Below, one piece after another: positions 1 to 12,152 of a stretch of DNA of 64,000 bases. This stretch comes from Mustelus asterias (lineage: Eukaryota): NCBI RefSeq assembly GCF_964213995.1, contig NW_027590468.1:248001-312000 (forward strand). The letters run 5' to 3'. How positions within the stretch are numbered: position 1 is the stretch's first letter; each line of letters begins with the position of its first letter. The notes under the pieces are model-generated. The model did no database searches, was not told the DNA's origin, and saw only the letters and a list, made by a program, of their open reading frames with translations. Made by a program: the position numbers and the translations under genes.

Positions 1-386
1 TATAAGGGCAAGGTGTCCTTTGGCGTTGATCACATCAGAAGAAAATCCTGATCTAGTTGTGGTAAGGCAGAGATTCTGGTCCGTAAAAAGTGGCAGGAAA
101 CAACAAAGCTCGAAAATTACGCTCGAAATGACAGTGGCACTGCGGGGAAATTCAGTAATATTCGCAAAAAAGCATTCTGATCACACACACGCTGTGTACC
201 GACTGTGAACAAATGGACCGAGAAACGGAAGGGAAAGGGCTGGCCAATAATTGATACAGACGAGGAAATAACACCAGAGACAAACTGTCAGCTGACGAAC
301 CACTAACTCACTTTGGTGAGTGCCTTGGCTCGGAATTATAATACATTTCTGTTACTCTCACTTCTTATTTCTGCTTTTCGGTGTGA

Positions 387-405
387 GCGCGCCCTCTGCT
401 GATCA
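387..405 (-). promoter_or_regulatory. CTCF-like motif 3' of V pseudogene
   Basis: TGATCAGCAGAGGGCGCGC on -, matches the CTCF core CCASYAGRKGGCRS. Confidence 0.6.
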
Positions 406-444
406 CTAACTGGAACTATCAGTGCGGTGATCCGCTCTATCTCT

Positions 445-707
445 GCACCAGAAACATAAGGGGGTATCGGAGAGAAGCGTCCTGGTGACATTTGAGGAAC
501 AGTGTTCCTTTGTACAAAGTGGACAATATTGTTTCACATCCTCCGAGCTATAAATCCTCATTAAATATCTCGGAGTTTCGCCCGGATACCAGAACAGAAT
601 AGGGAGAATAGCTGTCCGAGTATTTACAATCCAACATTATGCTCTGTACTTGGAGAACCCTTAATTCAGATTGATCCTTGGACACAGAATCATCACTATT
701 GCTTTCT
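445..707 (-). pseudogene. Degenerate TCR alpha/delta V pseudogene (family of V at 13013/35173), RSS deleted
   Basis: Reverse strand reads cag|...DDSVSKDQSELRVLQVQSIMLDCKYS...LFWYPGETPRYLMRIYSS with frameshifts and deletions. No heptamer or nonamer, but it keeps the same 3' flank (gttccagttagtgatcagcagagggcgc) as the V at 35410. Confidence 0.8.
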
Positions 708-1589
708 GCAACAAAACACAGAATGTATCAAATATCTGAGAGTGAAAATAACACTTGGAACAAATATTCCCCATGTTTTAGTTCGTATTTGTCTGTTTTG
801 CTGCAGCTGTTTCTCTGATTATAACTTCCTCTCAATCTATTCCTGTCTCATTCATTTATATCACCAGTTCTTGCTCTGCTTCACTCCAGGTCTCGCCTCC
901 ATTTCCAATTATTCAATACCTCTTGTTTTCTTCCCATATCTCCACCTACATTTCTCCCTTGTCTCTCCCTTACAGGTTTCAATAACAAATATCCCGCAGT
1001 GTTGCTCAGAACTCATTCTGAGCCCCTCTTGCTGTAGGACTCACACTGACTGAATGCAGTGAATATTACACGTCTCGCAATTCTAGTGAAGCACCTCAGA
1101 GTGCACATTGTTCAACGTAGACAACCTAAATGACAACGTCCTTCCTGTATTGACGATCTTAAAATATGTATTATGTTCCATTGATTGTACTGAACATCTT
1201 CAATGCGCAACAATACCTTTGCAGAAATCTTCAGTATCACTGCACTTTCTGAAATAACCATTTTGCAAAGTTTTGTAATGTTTCAATGAATGTGTTGAAG
1301 CACGTCAGCGTGCAAAATTATCTGTGTACGAAACTTAAACGTCAATGCACTTTCTGTAAAGACTATTCTGAAACGTTCTGTAATGTTCCTTTAATTGTAC
1401 ACAGAGTGCAACAGCTTCATTGTCGAAAACTTGAATGTTATTGCACTTGCTGTTATGGCCATTTTGAAATATTGTGTAATGTACTTTCAGATATTTTATG
1501 AATAAGGTTTTTTTTGCAAAAAACCAGTACATTGCGAGTGCACAATCCCCACCGCTGCCGCTGCTGCCGTCAATATGTTGTGAACTACT

Positions 1590-3405
1590 GGTGAATACAA
1601 AGAGCTTCTACAAATACATAAAGAGCAAAAGAGTGACAAGGGAGAAAGTAGGGCCAGTTAAGGATCAACAAGGTCATCGATGTGCGGATCCACAAAATAT
1701 GGGTGAGATCCTAAATGAATATTTCTCGTCAGTATTTATTGTTGAGAAAAGCATGGATGTTAGGGAACTTGGGGAAATAAATAGTGCTGTCTTGAGGAGT
1801 GTACATATTACAGAGAAGGAGGTGTTGGAAGTCTTAAAGCGTATCAAGGTAGATAAATTCCCGGGACGTGATGAAGTGTATCCCAGAACATTGTGGGAGG
1901 CTAGGGAGGAAATAGCAGAGATATTTCAATCATCGATAGTCACAGGTGAGGTGCCTGAAGATTTGAGGGTATGGCTTTGTTTAAAAAAGGCTGACGGGAA
2001 AAGCTGGGAACTACAGGCCACTGAGCCTCACATCTGTGGTGAGTAAGTTGTTGAAAGTATTTTGAGAGACAGGATCTACAGGCATTTAGAGATGCAAGGA
2101 CTGATTAGGGACAGTCAGCATGGCTTTGTGAGTGGAAAACCATGTCTCACAAGTTTGATTGAGTTTTTTGAAGGGGTAACCAAGAAGGTAGATGAGGGCA
2201 GTACAGCTGGTGTTGTCTACATGGCCTTTAGCAAGGCCTTTAACAAGGTACCGCATTGTAGGTTGTTGGATGAAGTTAAATCTCATGGAATCCAGGGTGG
2301 GTAGCTAAATGGATACAAAATTGGCTTGATGACAGAAGCCAGAGGGTGGTTGCAGAGGGTTGTTTTTCAAACTGGAGGCCTGAGACCAGCGGTGTGCCTC
2401 AGGGATCAGTGCTGGATCCACTGTTATTTGTCATTTATATTAATGATTTGGATGAGAATATAGGAGGCATGGTTCGTAAGTTTGCAGATGGCACCAAGAT
2501 TGGTGGCATAGTGGACAGTGAAGAAGGTTATCTCCGATTGCAGTGGGATCTTGATCAATTGGGCCAGTGGGCTGACGAATGGCAGATGGAGTTTAATTTA
2601 GATAAATGTGAGGTGATGCATTTTGATAGGTTGAACCAGAGTAGAACTTATTCAGTTAATGGTAGGGCGTTGGGGAGAGTTATAAAACAAAGAGATCTTG
2701 GGGTACATGTTCAAAGCTCCTTGAAAGTGGAGTCACAGGTGGACTGAGTGGTGAAGAAGGCATTCGGCATGCTTGGTTTCATTGGTCAGAGCATTGAATA
2801 CGGGAGTTGGGACGTCTTCTTAAAGTTGTACAAGACATTGGTAAGGCCACACTTGGAATACTGTGTACAGTTCTGGTCACCCAATTATAGAAAGGATATT
2901 ATTAAACTACAAAGAGTGCAGACAATATTTACTAGGATGCTACCGGGACTTGATGGTTTGAGTTATAAGGAGAGGTTGGATAGGCTGGGACTTTTTTCTC
3001 TCGAACGTTGAAGGCTTAGGGGTGATCTTATAGAGGTCTATAAAGTAATGAGGGGCACAGATCAGCTATGTGGTCAATATCGTTCTCCAAAGTTAGGGAA
3101 GTCTAAAACTAGAGGGCATAGGTTTAAGGTGAGAGGAGAGAGATACAAAAGTGTCCAGAGGGGCAATTTCTTTCACACAACGGTTGGTGAGTGTCTGGAA
3201 CAAGCTGCCAGAGGTAGTAGTAGAGGCAGGTACAATATTGTCTTTTAAAAAGCATTTAGCCTGTTGCTTGAGTAAGATGGGTACAGAGGAATATGGGCCA
3301 AATGCGGGCAACTGGGACTAGCTTCCGGGTTTAAAAAAAAGGGCGGTAAGGACAAGTTGAACCGAAGGGCCTGTTTCCATGTTGTAAACCTCTATGACTC
3401 TATGG
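1590..3405 (+). mobile_element. 5'-truncated CR1-clade LINE (reverse transcriptase ORF2 remnant plus 3' UTR)
   Basis: ORF pieces QHGF..CLT.LIEFFE, SGVPQGSVL.PLLFVIYINDLD, KFAD, KCEVMHF, LYKTLVRPHLEYCVQFWSP, TRGHRFK. Stops and frameshifts; ends in a (ctctatga)n tail. Confidence 0.95.
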
Positions 3406-3689
3406 TGCTAGCCATTCCTCAGGAAAATTGTTACTCGGGCCGTTTGAAACCTGTCAGTATTTTACATCTCTTGATTTCGATGCATTTTGTTAACCTTTAG
3501 CTCTTGACTCTTGTGCGGGAAAGGTTAATCCAAATTAATAACAACACCGCGATATTGAGCCAGGTCTGCACCAACAGCAGTTATTAGTTCAGTCACTTCA
3601 GTTGCAGACGGAGATCTGTGCACCGTACAGACAAGGAGGAGTCTGTTGGCCCATTGTGCTTGTGCCATTACTTCGCATGAGCTGTACAA

Positions 3690-4132
3690 ATAATTCCACA
3701 TCTCTGCTCTTTGCAAAGAGTTCTGAAGAAACCCAGTCCATCACGCAAACCAGCCGCCCATCCGCTGACTATGTCTACACTTCCCGCTGCCTCGGAAAAG
3801 CGCCCGGCATAATCAAGGACCTCACGCACAACGGACATACGCTCTTCCACCTTCTTCCGTTGGGAAAAAGAAACAGGTGTCTGAGATCACATACCAACCG
3901 ATTCAAGAACAGCTTCTTCGCTGCTGCCATCGGACTTCTAAATGGGTCTAACATACATTAAGCTTTTCTTTCTCTCCACCCTGGCTATACTTGTAACACA
4001 GCATCTTGCACCCTCTCCTGTTCTTCTCCACTATTTTCTCGGTGTATAGCATTTGTCTGTATAGCATGCAAGAAACAACACTTTCCACTGTATACCAGTG
4101 TATGTGAAAATGATAAATCAAATCAAATCAAA
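3690..4132 (+). mobile_element. 3' fragment of a Rex1/Babar-like LINE
   Basis: Peptide IIKDLTHNGHTLFHLLPLGKRNRCLRSHTNRFKNSFF is typical of the ORF2 C-terminus; followed by an (aatca)n tail. Confidence 0.65.
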
Positions 4133-4347
4133 TTTACCCAAACCCAAGACAATTCCTCCTTCACATCTCTTGAAACAATATTCAGTTATTTAATTCAGAA
4201 AAACAATGAGAGAAATAAAACCTGAAATAGAGGCATTCATTCTAATGAGCATTTTCTTAAATTTTAAACTATGATGACGGATTGCGATATTAAGAATGCT
4301 GAAAATATATTGTACTGAGCTGGTGCTCACAGTTTGTCTGATTCCCT

Positions 4348-4423
4348 AGGAGCAGCGGTCCGAAAGCTTGTGCTACCAAATAAACCTGTTGGACTTTAAC
4401 CTGGTGTTGTGAGGCTTCTTATT
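4348..4423 (+). mobile_element. Penelope-like element terminal fragment
   Basis: ggagcagcggtccgaaagcttgtg...aataaacctgttggactttaacctggtgttgtgag; reverse complement of part of the copy at 18988-19310, but lacking the CTGANGA core. Confidence 0.6.
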
Positions 4424-4695
4424 GTCATGAATTAGAGCAGAAAGGAGCTCTCGGCTGGTTGGATGAATCCAGAGTAAAGACCCCAGGAGCTTATTGGATT
4501 ATCACCTGATGACGCTGTCAGGAATAAATCAACTTGTGGATTGTGATATCCAATCAGCTCTTTATTCTCTATCCAGTGATCTCCACTCTTCCGACCATAG
4601 GTTCTGCAGGGTGTGACGTCAGACCAGCCAATGCTCTCTGCTTTATCTTGTTCGATCTTCTACAGCTTTCGGAGCCGAATCCAGGAGCAGCAGCA

Positions 4696-6095
4696 ATGCG
4701 GCTCCCCGTTTTCTCTCTGATCTGGGTGACATTCATTGTTGGTGAGTTTAACACTTTAAAAATGAGTTATTTTCTGGAGAGATAAAGTTGAAAAGCAGGA
4801 CATTCGTGTTACACAGGTATTGGACCTGCCGTAGAACAGAAATGAATCCTTGCGAGTGGTTTTAGTCTTTTGAAAATAGTTTCGAAAAGCACACTGCAGA
4901 GGCGATTTCGAGAGATGGTACCCGGATTGGGAGATGAGAGCTATCAGAATGCAAGGTTATGATTACTTTCTCGACTGACCAAGGAAACTAACGCAAATCT
5001 GACTGATCTATTTATAATGATATCGAGGATTGGTGTGGTGGACGGGGAGAGGATGATTCCACTTGTGGAAGGATTCCAAATATCTGTCCCATGAATCTAA
5101 TGAAACAAATAGATCAACTGGGAATCGGAGAGAAACATCTTTAGAAAGAGTTGGGTAGAATGTGACTCATATTAACACAATGAACACTTGAGGAGAGGAG
5201 CAAAGACTAATTTAAAGGTGAACTAAACTGGGCGGCATGGTAGCACAGTGGTTAGCACTGCTGCTTCACAGTTCCAGTGGACCTGGGTTCGATTCCCGGC
5301 TCGGGTCACTGTCTGCGTGGAGTTTGCACATTCTCCTCGTGTCTGCGTGGGTTTACTCCGGGTGCTCCGGTTTCCTCCCACAGTCCAAAGATGTGCGGGT
5401 TAGGTTGATTGGCCATGCTAAAATTGCCCCTTAGAGTCCTGGGATGCGTAGGTTAGGGGGATTAGCGGGTAAATATGTAGGGATATGGGGGTAGGGCCTG
5501 GGTGGGATTGTGGTCGGTGCAGACTCGATGGGCCGAATGGCCTGTTTCTGCACTGTAGGGTTTCTATGATTTCTATGATGAGAAACTAAACAGCTGAGGA
5601 AGAAACGGACAGATGCATTGAGAAGAGGCGAGAGGGAGGAATCTCCTGGGGATTGTAAACGGGAACGTAGATCAGTTGGAGAGAATGTGGTATGATTCAA
5701 TACATATTTTTATGTTACACTGTCAGTGAATTTTCTCTCTGAGTTCAATTGAACTTTGAAACAATGTTTTTTCTTTAACCGTGTGTTCCAGATCTGAGCG
5801 ATGGAGATTCTGTTACTCGGCGGGAATCCTCACTCACACGGACAGAGGGAGAAGATGTCACTTTAAACTGCACCTTTACCGACGATGCCTATTATTTATT
5901 CTGGTACCGTCAATATCCAGGCAGACAGCCCGAGTTTGCAGTCCGGAGAGACAAGAACGGCGGTTTTGAATTAAAGGCGGATTTCGCTCGGACCCGGTTT
6001 TCTGATTCAGTCCAGCAGTTAGACAAGTTGTACCGATTGACCATCTCGGAGTTGCTGCTGTCTGACACTGCGGTCTATTACTGTGCACAGAGTCT
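4696..6095 (+). CDS. TRAV: TCR alpha/delta V segment, intact (leader 4696-4741, V exon 5792-6095)
   Basis: Leader MRLPVFSLIWVTFIV|gtgagt. Exon DLSDGDSVTRRESSLTRTEGEDVTLNCTFTDDAYYLFWYRQYPGRQPEF...SDTAVYYCAQS is open. RSS cacagtg(6096-6102)-23-acaaaaact(6126-6134). CRE TGACGTCA at 4614-4621. This frame is absent from the ORF track. Confidence 0.93.
5230..5577 (+). mobile_element. HE1-like tRNA-derived V-SINE in V intron
   Basis: tRNA-like A/B boxes (tagcacagtgg, ggttcgattccc), V-domain gtctgcgtgggtt..tccgggtgctccggtttcctcccacagtccaaaga, CR1-type (ttctatga)n tail. Confidence 0.9.
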
Positions 6096-6984
6096 CACAG
6101 TGATGAAAATGAGTGAAATCCTCGTACAAAAACTGCCGCAGGTTTCTGAGTCACAGCTGCTGTCTGTCGAGAGCTGTTTCTAACAGCGGGTCATACACTG
6201 ACACGTCAATACATTCCTGTGAACGCAAACCCGACCACAATTCACACAAACACCATCTAAAATCGTTCACAGATTCCGTCTGATTGTTACATTCACCGTG
6301 CGAGGGAAGAATTAGCTGTTGTTTATTTGGAATCACCGGGAAATCGGCACTAATGTTGAGAATTCAAAATGCTGCAGGTAGCCTTGAACTAGTTGTACCC
6401 TTGTTCTGATGTTTCAAAAAACACTCGGGCCAAAGAAACCAATGCTGTTTGGTTTGATATGTCAGTCAATAGTGTAAACTGATGCCCGCCTGCTGAGGCA
6501 AAGCCTCATAATCACATCAGCCTGATTAAACATCTCTCAATGTTACAGTAATGAAATAAAAATATCAACTGGGAATCGAAGAGAAACTTCATTGGAAAGA
6601 GTTCGGAAAAATGTGACTCATATTAACACAATGAACACTTGACACATATTAAAACTAAGAATTCTTAACAGTAAAGGTACAGAAGTTTATTTCAATGCAT
6701 GCTTAGAATCCAATGAACAATGATTAATAAGTAAATTATCTCTAAGAACAGGTTTGGTGTACTCTAGACACTGGAACATTTGATAAGAAAATCGACTGAA
6801 TGCAGAACCCTAATTGAAAAGAGCGTCAGAAAGTTCCTGAAGGACAACTAGGGATGGGCAATAAATAGCGGCCGAGCCAGCAACACCCACATACCCGGAA
6901 GTATTTCTTTAAAAGTCTGCTGTAATCACCAGAAGTACTTTGGGAAATCGAAACCGCGGGATAAGTCTTTCTGCTCAGACAAAT

Positions 6985-7107
6985 GTTTTGTTGGGATATG
7001 GACCAATCGCGGGCAATTGGAACTAGCATAGTGGTTAAAAAAAGGATGGCATAGACAAGTTGGGCCGAAGGGTCTGTTTCCATGCTGTAAACCTCTATGA
7101 CTCTATG
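6985..7107 (+). mobile_element. CR1 LINE 3' end fragment
   Basis: Matches 3290-3405, including the ctctatgactctatg tail. Confidence 0.75.
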
Positions 7108-7535
7108 ACTACCTCGATATCCGTTATTTCCCTGAATATCCACAAATCCATCAACTGTCTTCAAGAAATCAAACGACTGTATAATCATCGCTCTCTTTGA
7201 CACATAGAGCGCATTAAAGCGAATGTAGGCGTTTGACTGAGATGATTTTTGAGATATGACTCTGATGAGTTTTATTTCATGTTGTAATAACAGCACCAGC
7301 GTCTCCTATTCAGAGTTGCTCGTAAACCACAGAAACTACTATAAAGAGGGATTTTACATACACTGACAGACATTCAGCACAAAGAACGTGATCATTCGGT
7401 TTAACTGGTTTTAATGATATGATTTTGTTTATATTAACAGTTCACAATCCAGCTCAGAGATCGGATTCAGTGAGAGGAGGTGAGAATGCCTTTGCTGGTT
7501 TTTGTACGGACTAACTGTGACTCTGTAACTGCGGT

Positions 7536-7973
7536 TCAGCGCACACTGTTACAGATACACGGCAGAGTCAGAGACATGGACCCCGGTCATATTTAATGGA
7601 GCTGTTTTCTTGTCTCTGTCCAAATTAGCAGAAAACTGGTCCGAAAAATCGGGAGACTTATCCCCCTTCCCCTTGCCGTAACCTTTCAATAAATATCTCG
7701 GAGCTTCTCCGGGGTACAGGATGTACCAGAATAGAGTTTGGTCAGCGTATTTTGCTTTGTAACTGCAGTTCAAAATTACCGTCTCTCCTTCCTGAACCGT
7801 TAATTCAGGCGGCTCCTTGGAAACTGAACTTTGGCCATTGGTTCCTGTAACAACATATCGAATGTGTGAGAAATCTGAGTGAAAATAACCCATGAAACAC
7901 ACACTGAGGATCTGAGCTCAGACTCACCGGGCAGCATGACCATTATTATCAGTAGAACACGCAGGGAACACAT
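7536..7973 (-). pseudogene. TCR V pseudogene (leader 7973-7928, exon from 7844), paralog of V at 43373-43810; stop before 2nd Cys and destroyed heptamer
   Basis: MCSLRVLLIIMVMLP|gtgagt, then GTNGQSSVSKEPPELTVQEGETVILNC..LFWY..SDSAVYL*. Nonamer intact (7497-7505); heptamer position reads accgcag. CRE at ~8111-8118. Confidence 0.9.
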
Positions 7974-8654
7974 GGATCCTGATTGGACAGTAAACAGCGA
8001 CACTGTTTAAAATATGTTGTTGCTTCTAGTTTATATCACGGAGTAAACTCAGATCAGAGGCAGCTTCAACAATAGGCAAATTGGGGGCTTTTCTCAGTGT
8101 CGCAATTGGCTGACGTCAGCTGTGGACCAAACACTGCTAGTGGAGGACTAAACACAGCTGGCTCCCTCCAAACACATTCCACCCCGGGCTGTGTGTGTTT
8201 TTCTCACTCTCTTTCTCTCTCCATGAAAGGTGAATAATATTATCAGTTATACTGTCGCTTTCTCGGTTAACCCTCTTTCGTTCGAACTCAATGTCCCCCT
8301 TTTTTAGATAGATCTTTCTCTCTAAATAAAGTTAAAAGTGAAATAAATAATTTACACTCATTTACTCTGCGGGTATTAATGAGTGCATCCACTGCATGAA
8401 CATAATAGTAGTTACTGCTTTATTTATACCGGGGATAAGTCATCACCCAAGTCCACATTGACTTGCGTTTCCACTGGGATCACTCTTATACTGGGAAAGT
8501 ACTGATTCAATCAGTCATTATTTCTGTCCAGAAACTTCAAAATGTGACAACTCTCAGTGTGCCTTTGATATTAGATCACATTTAACAGGTGTCCCCTGAC
8601 AGATAGGCATCTGATACAGAAAGATTAAAAGTACTGATTTATTAAATTATTCAC

Positions 8655-10450
8655 TCCGAAACTCGATATTAAAGCCATGTTATCTTTGCTCTGACCTCGG
8701 CCTCAAAATCTTTCAGCAAAATCAGAAATCTTGTATTTTTATGATGCAATGAGGGGAAATAGATGTTCCTGTTTTGACACCGTGGACATATCATCAACTC
8801 GTTCAGTCCACAACAGAATTTAATGGCTTTGTTGATGCAGACTAACAAAGTTAATCACCATCTGAATCATGTCTAATAGGATTGTGTGCTTAAAAAGGCA
8901 GACACAAGTGAAACTGTAACTGAACTGGAGGAAATGACGCACATTGCGCTGAACCATTATTTAAACATCGTTCTTCAGAGTAAAGAAATCGGGAAAACCA
9001 CTCAGACAGTTGAGGAAATCGAGAATCAGTGCGGATCTACTGGACTTTCCTACAGCTGAACGGGATTTAGACGCCTGAGTGTTTCACACACAGAATGAAG
9101 AGGGATCAAGTATATCTAACAAATCATTCTTAAATCTATTGCCTTTAAAGATATTTGATTTTGTTTAAAAGCTGATTGTGGTCAATCTCAGTGAAGCACC
9201 GTGACATGGGTATTACCCAGTGACTCGATTCCTTTTGTTGGTCAGTCATGTTTGCAACTCAATGTTGTCTATTTCGGAGATATTTCATTCAGAATGAGGA
9301 GATATGCGATTAATAAAAATATATTAATATTAAACATTGAACAGTGAACAAATATTGGGTAGAACTGGTTGAAATTATTCGAAGGAAGATGAGAATGATG
9401 CATTAATAATTGAGCAGAAATCATTGCTCCCTTAGATATTTGCCGGACCACCGTTTATAAATGTTGAAGTTCAAGATGAGTTGAAAAATCAGGTTGAAAG
9501 AAACGGTTTTTGTCTTGTATTAAGTGACATGGGCTCTCAGTATAACCATTAGAGCCTGCAGCAACACAGTGGAGTTGAACATTGTGGTCAGGCCAATTGG
9601 CGGTGCTGTACTGTCAGTTGTTTCTGTAGTGTAGTGGTTATCACGTTCGCCTCACACGCGAAAGGTCCCCGGTTCGAAACCGGGCAGAAGCATTTATTGA
9701 AATTATTCATTTCGTATGCGGGAAGTTTTGCATGGTTTCAGTTGCTGAACATTATCCGAATCTCGATGTTGCAGCCATGTTATCTTTGCTCTGAACTCGG
9801 CCACAAATGCTCTCAGCAAAATCAGAAATGCTGTATTTTAAGACGCAATGAGGAAATAAATGTTTGTACTTTGACACCGTGCGCATATTAGCAACTTGTT
9901 CAGTTCATAACAGAATATAATGGATTTATAAATGCAGACTAACATAGTTAATCACCATCTGAAACATGTGTAATAGTAGTGTGTGCTCATAAAGACAGAC
10001 ACAAGTGAAACTAACTGAACTGGAGGAAATGGCGCACATTTCCCGGAAGCATATTTTTAAAATTGTTCTTCATAATAAAGAAATGGGAAAAAATCACTCA
10101 GGGAGATGAGTAAATCGAAACTCAGTGTAGATCTGCTGGACTTTTCGATAGATGAACGGGATTTAGGCGCCAGAATGTTTCACATGAGAATAAAGAGGGA
10201 TCAAGTATAACTAGCAGATCATTATTAAATCTTTTCCCTTTAAAGATGTTTGATATTGTTTAAAAGCTGACTGTCTCAAATAAGCACCATGGGATGTGAT
10301 TCACCCAGTGACTCGATTTCTTTTATTGGTCAGTCATGTTTGCAATGCAATGTTGCATATTCCCGAGATATTCAACTCAGAATGAAGATGTATGTATTAA
10401 ATACATGTATTCATATTTAATATCGAATAACAAAACAAATATTGAGTAAC
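8655..10450 (+). repeat. Two diverged direct copies (~8655-9380 and ~9755-10450, period ~1.1 kb) flanking tRNA-Val
   Basis: Shared blocks agccatgttatctttgctctga, agacacaagtgaaact, gaacgggatttag.cgcc, ggtcagtcatgtttgcaa. Confidence 0.85.
9620..9692 (+). tRNA. tRNA-Val (anticodon CAC)
   Basis: GTTTCTGTAGTGTAGTGGTTATCACGTTCGCCTCACACGCGAAAGGTCCCCGGTTCGAAACCGGGCAGAAGCA; acceptor stem pairs, A and B boxes intact; only a weak T-run follows. Confidence 0.93.
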
Positions 10451-10451
10451 T

Positions 10452-10670
10452 AGCCAACGATTCAAGTCTGGATGACCCTTCGTCAGAGCTACGAGCAAAG
10501 AAAAGCAGAAAATATTTAAATTATGAGAGTGGAAGGGGAGTGCTGTAATTGGACAAAGGGAATGCAAATAACGATAAAGATGGCTGAGAGAGATACTAAA
10601 AATGTCCATTAAGCGAACAGAATAGCAGAGCAGCGGTAAAGGTGGTTAAGGCAGTTGCCCTGAAGGAGAA
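10452..10670 (-). mobile_element. Penelope-like element end with degenerate hammerhead motif
   Basis: On -: agct CTGACGA agggtc atcca gactt GAA tcgttggct (10490-10452); the GAAA core is mutated. Confidence 0.55.
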
Positions 10671-10671
10671 G

Positions 10672-10907
10672 TGTGGGGGGGGGGAGTGGGGGGGGGGGAG
10701 TGGGGAGGGAAGGGGGAGTGGGGGGGGAAGGGGGAGGGGGAGTGGTGGGGGAGTGGGGGGGAGGGGGAGTGGGGGGAGTGGGGGGGAGGGGGGTGGAGTG
10801 GGGGGGGAGGAGGGGTGGGGGGAGGGGGGAGTGGCGGGGGAGGGGTGGAGTGGGGGGGAGGGTGGGGGGAGTGGGGGGGGAGGGTGGGGGGAGTGGGGGG
10901 GAGGGGG
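10672..10907 (+). repeat. G-rich low-complexity tract (GnA/GnAGT runs)
   Basis: ~235 nt of G runs separated by A or AGT. Confidence 0.95.
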
Positions 10908-10924
10908 TCGTGTCCGCTCCGCCA

Positions 10925-11300
10925 TTCAGTCGTGCTGCAAAATTTCTCAACTCCATTCTTCTCCCCTTTTCCCAGTAACCTTTGATCCCCTTACCAATCA
11001 AGAACGTATCCATCTCTGTCTTAAATACACCCAATGACCCGGCCTCCACAGCCTTCTGTGGCAATGAATTCCACACATTCACCACCCTCTGGCTGAAGAA
11101 ATTGCTCTCATCTCGATTCTAAAGGGCCGTCCCTTTATTCCGAGGTTGTGCGCTCGGATCTGAGATTCTCCTACTAACGGAAACATCTTCCCCACGGCCA
11201 CCCTATCGAGGTCTTTCAATATTCTGTAAGTTTCTATAAGATCCCCGCTCCCCGCCCCTCCCCGCAAACTCCATCGAGTTCAGACCCAGTGTCCCCAGAT
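10925..11300 (-). mobile_element. CR1 LINE 3' fragment
   Basis: GDLIETYRILKDLDRV...VVNVWNSLPQKAVEA on -. Confidence 0.85.
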
Positions 11301-11881
11301 GTCTGCAGTTTTATTTGATCGGCTTCAGTCGCTCATGTTTGTTGTTGTTTATTTTAAGTTCGGTTTGTGACGGCTTCTCAAGACCATTAATCGCATTGCC
11401 TTGTGTCTGACCTGTTTACATTGAACTCTTCGTTCTGAACCGTTGATTTCCTCGAGTTGCGAATGTAAATAAAACGGATTGTACAACAGCGGATTGAGAT
11501 GTAGATCCCGCGCGAGAAACAGATGCAGCAACACAGAAACCTTCAAGCTAAGAAACGGAGATAAACAAATGGAAAGACAGAGGGTGAATCAGAGGCCGAG
11601 ACTGTAATAGAAGTAAAGGCATAAGTTCGGAGTAACAGATGGAGATGCAGAGGGATAAACACGAGGAACGGGAATGGTAGGAATGAGGGAGAGGCTGAGA
11701 GATAAATAGTGGGACAGACAGTGAGATAAATGGGGGAAAGAGGGAGGCAGGAAGGGAAAATAGATGAAGATACGGTGAAGGAACCGTGAAGGGAAAAGTT
11801 GCATATATATGGAGGTAACACAGTCGGAGACACAAAGAGAGACAAACGAATAGAGAACAAGAGAAGCAGAGAGATAGGCAG

Positions 11882-11962
11882 TGAGAAAAGCAATGGCCTA
11901 AATGGTGCACTGAGAAAAGCAATGGCCTAAATGGTGCACTGAGAAAAGCAATGGCCTAAATG
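11882..11962 (+). repeat. 29-bp tandem repeat, ~3 copies
   Basis: (tgagaaaagcaatggcctaaatggtgcac)x~3; single copy in the paralogous block near 34120. Confidence 0.9.
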
Positions 11963-12133
11963 CAATCAGGAATCACAGAAAGGGAAAGAAAAATAGCACA
12001 ATGTAGCGTATAACGTGATACCGGCAGGGTGATTTCCAAGAACCTCCTGACACCCTGAGTAACCAGACCAGTCGCACCATCGCATTGTTATCCTTCCCGT
12101 ACCCACTGCAGTAAACACACAAACACGGTGCGG

Positions 12134-12152
12134 CAGCGCCATCTGGCGGCGA
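12134..12152 (-). promoter_or_regulatory. CTCF-like motif ~0.86 kb upstream of V leader
   Basis: TCGCCGCCAGATGGCGCTG on -; homologous sites at 29230-29248, 34318-34336 and 47480-47498. Confidence 0.65.

Noticed and set aside
1498-3248. Functional reverse transcriptase gene
   Set aside because: 5'-truncated CR1 with multiple stops and frameshifts and a mutated FADD motif (FADG)
5230-5310. SINE heads as tRNA genes
   Set aside because: tRNA-like A/B boxes continue into the V-SINE body and CR1-type tail in many dispersed copies
10596-11085. Pro-rich and Gly-rich ORFs
   Set aside because: Translations of the G tract and a CR1 remnant
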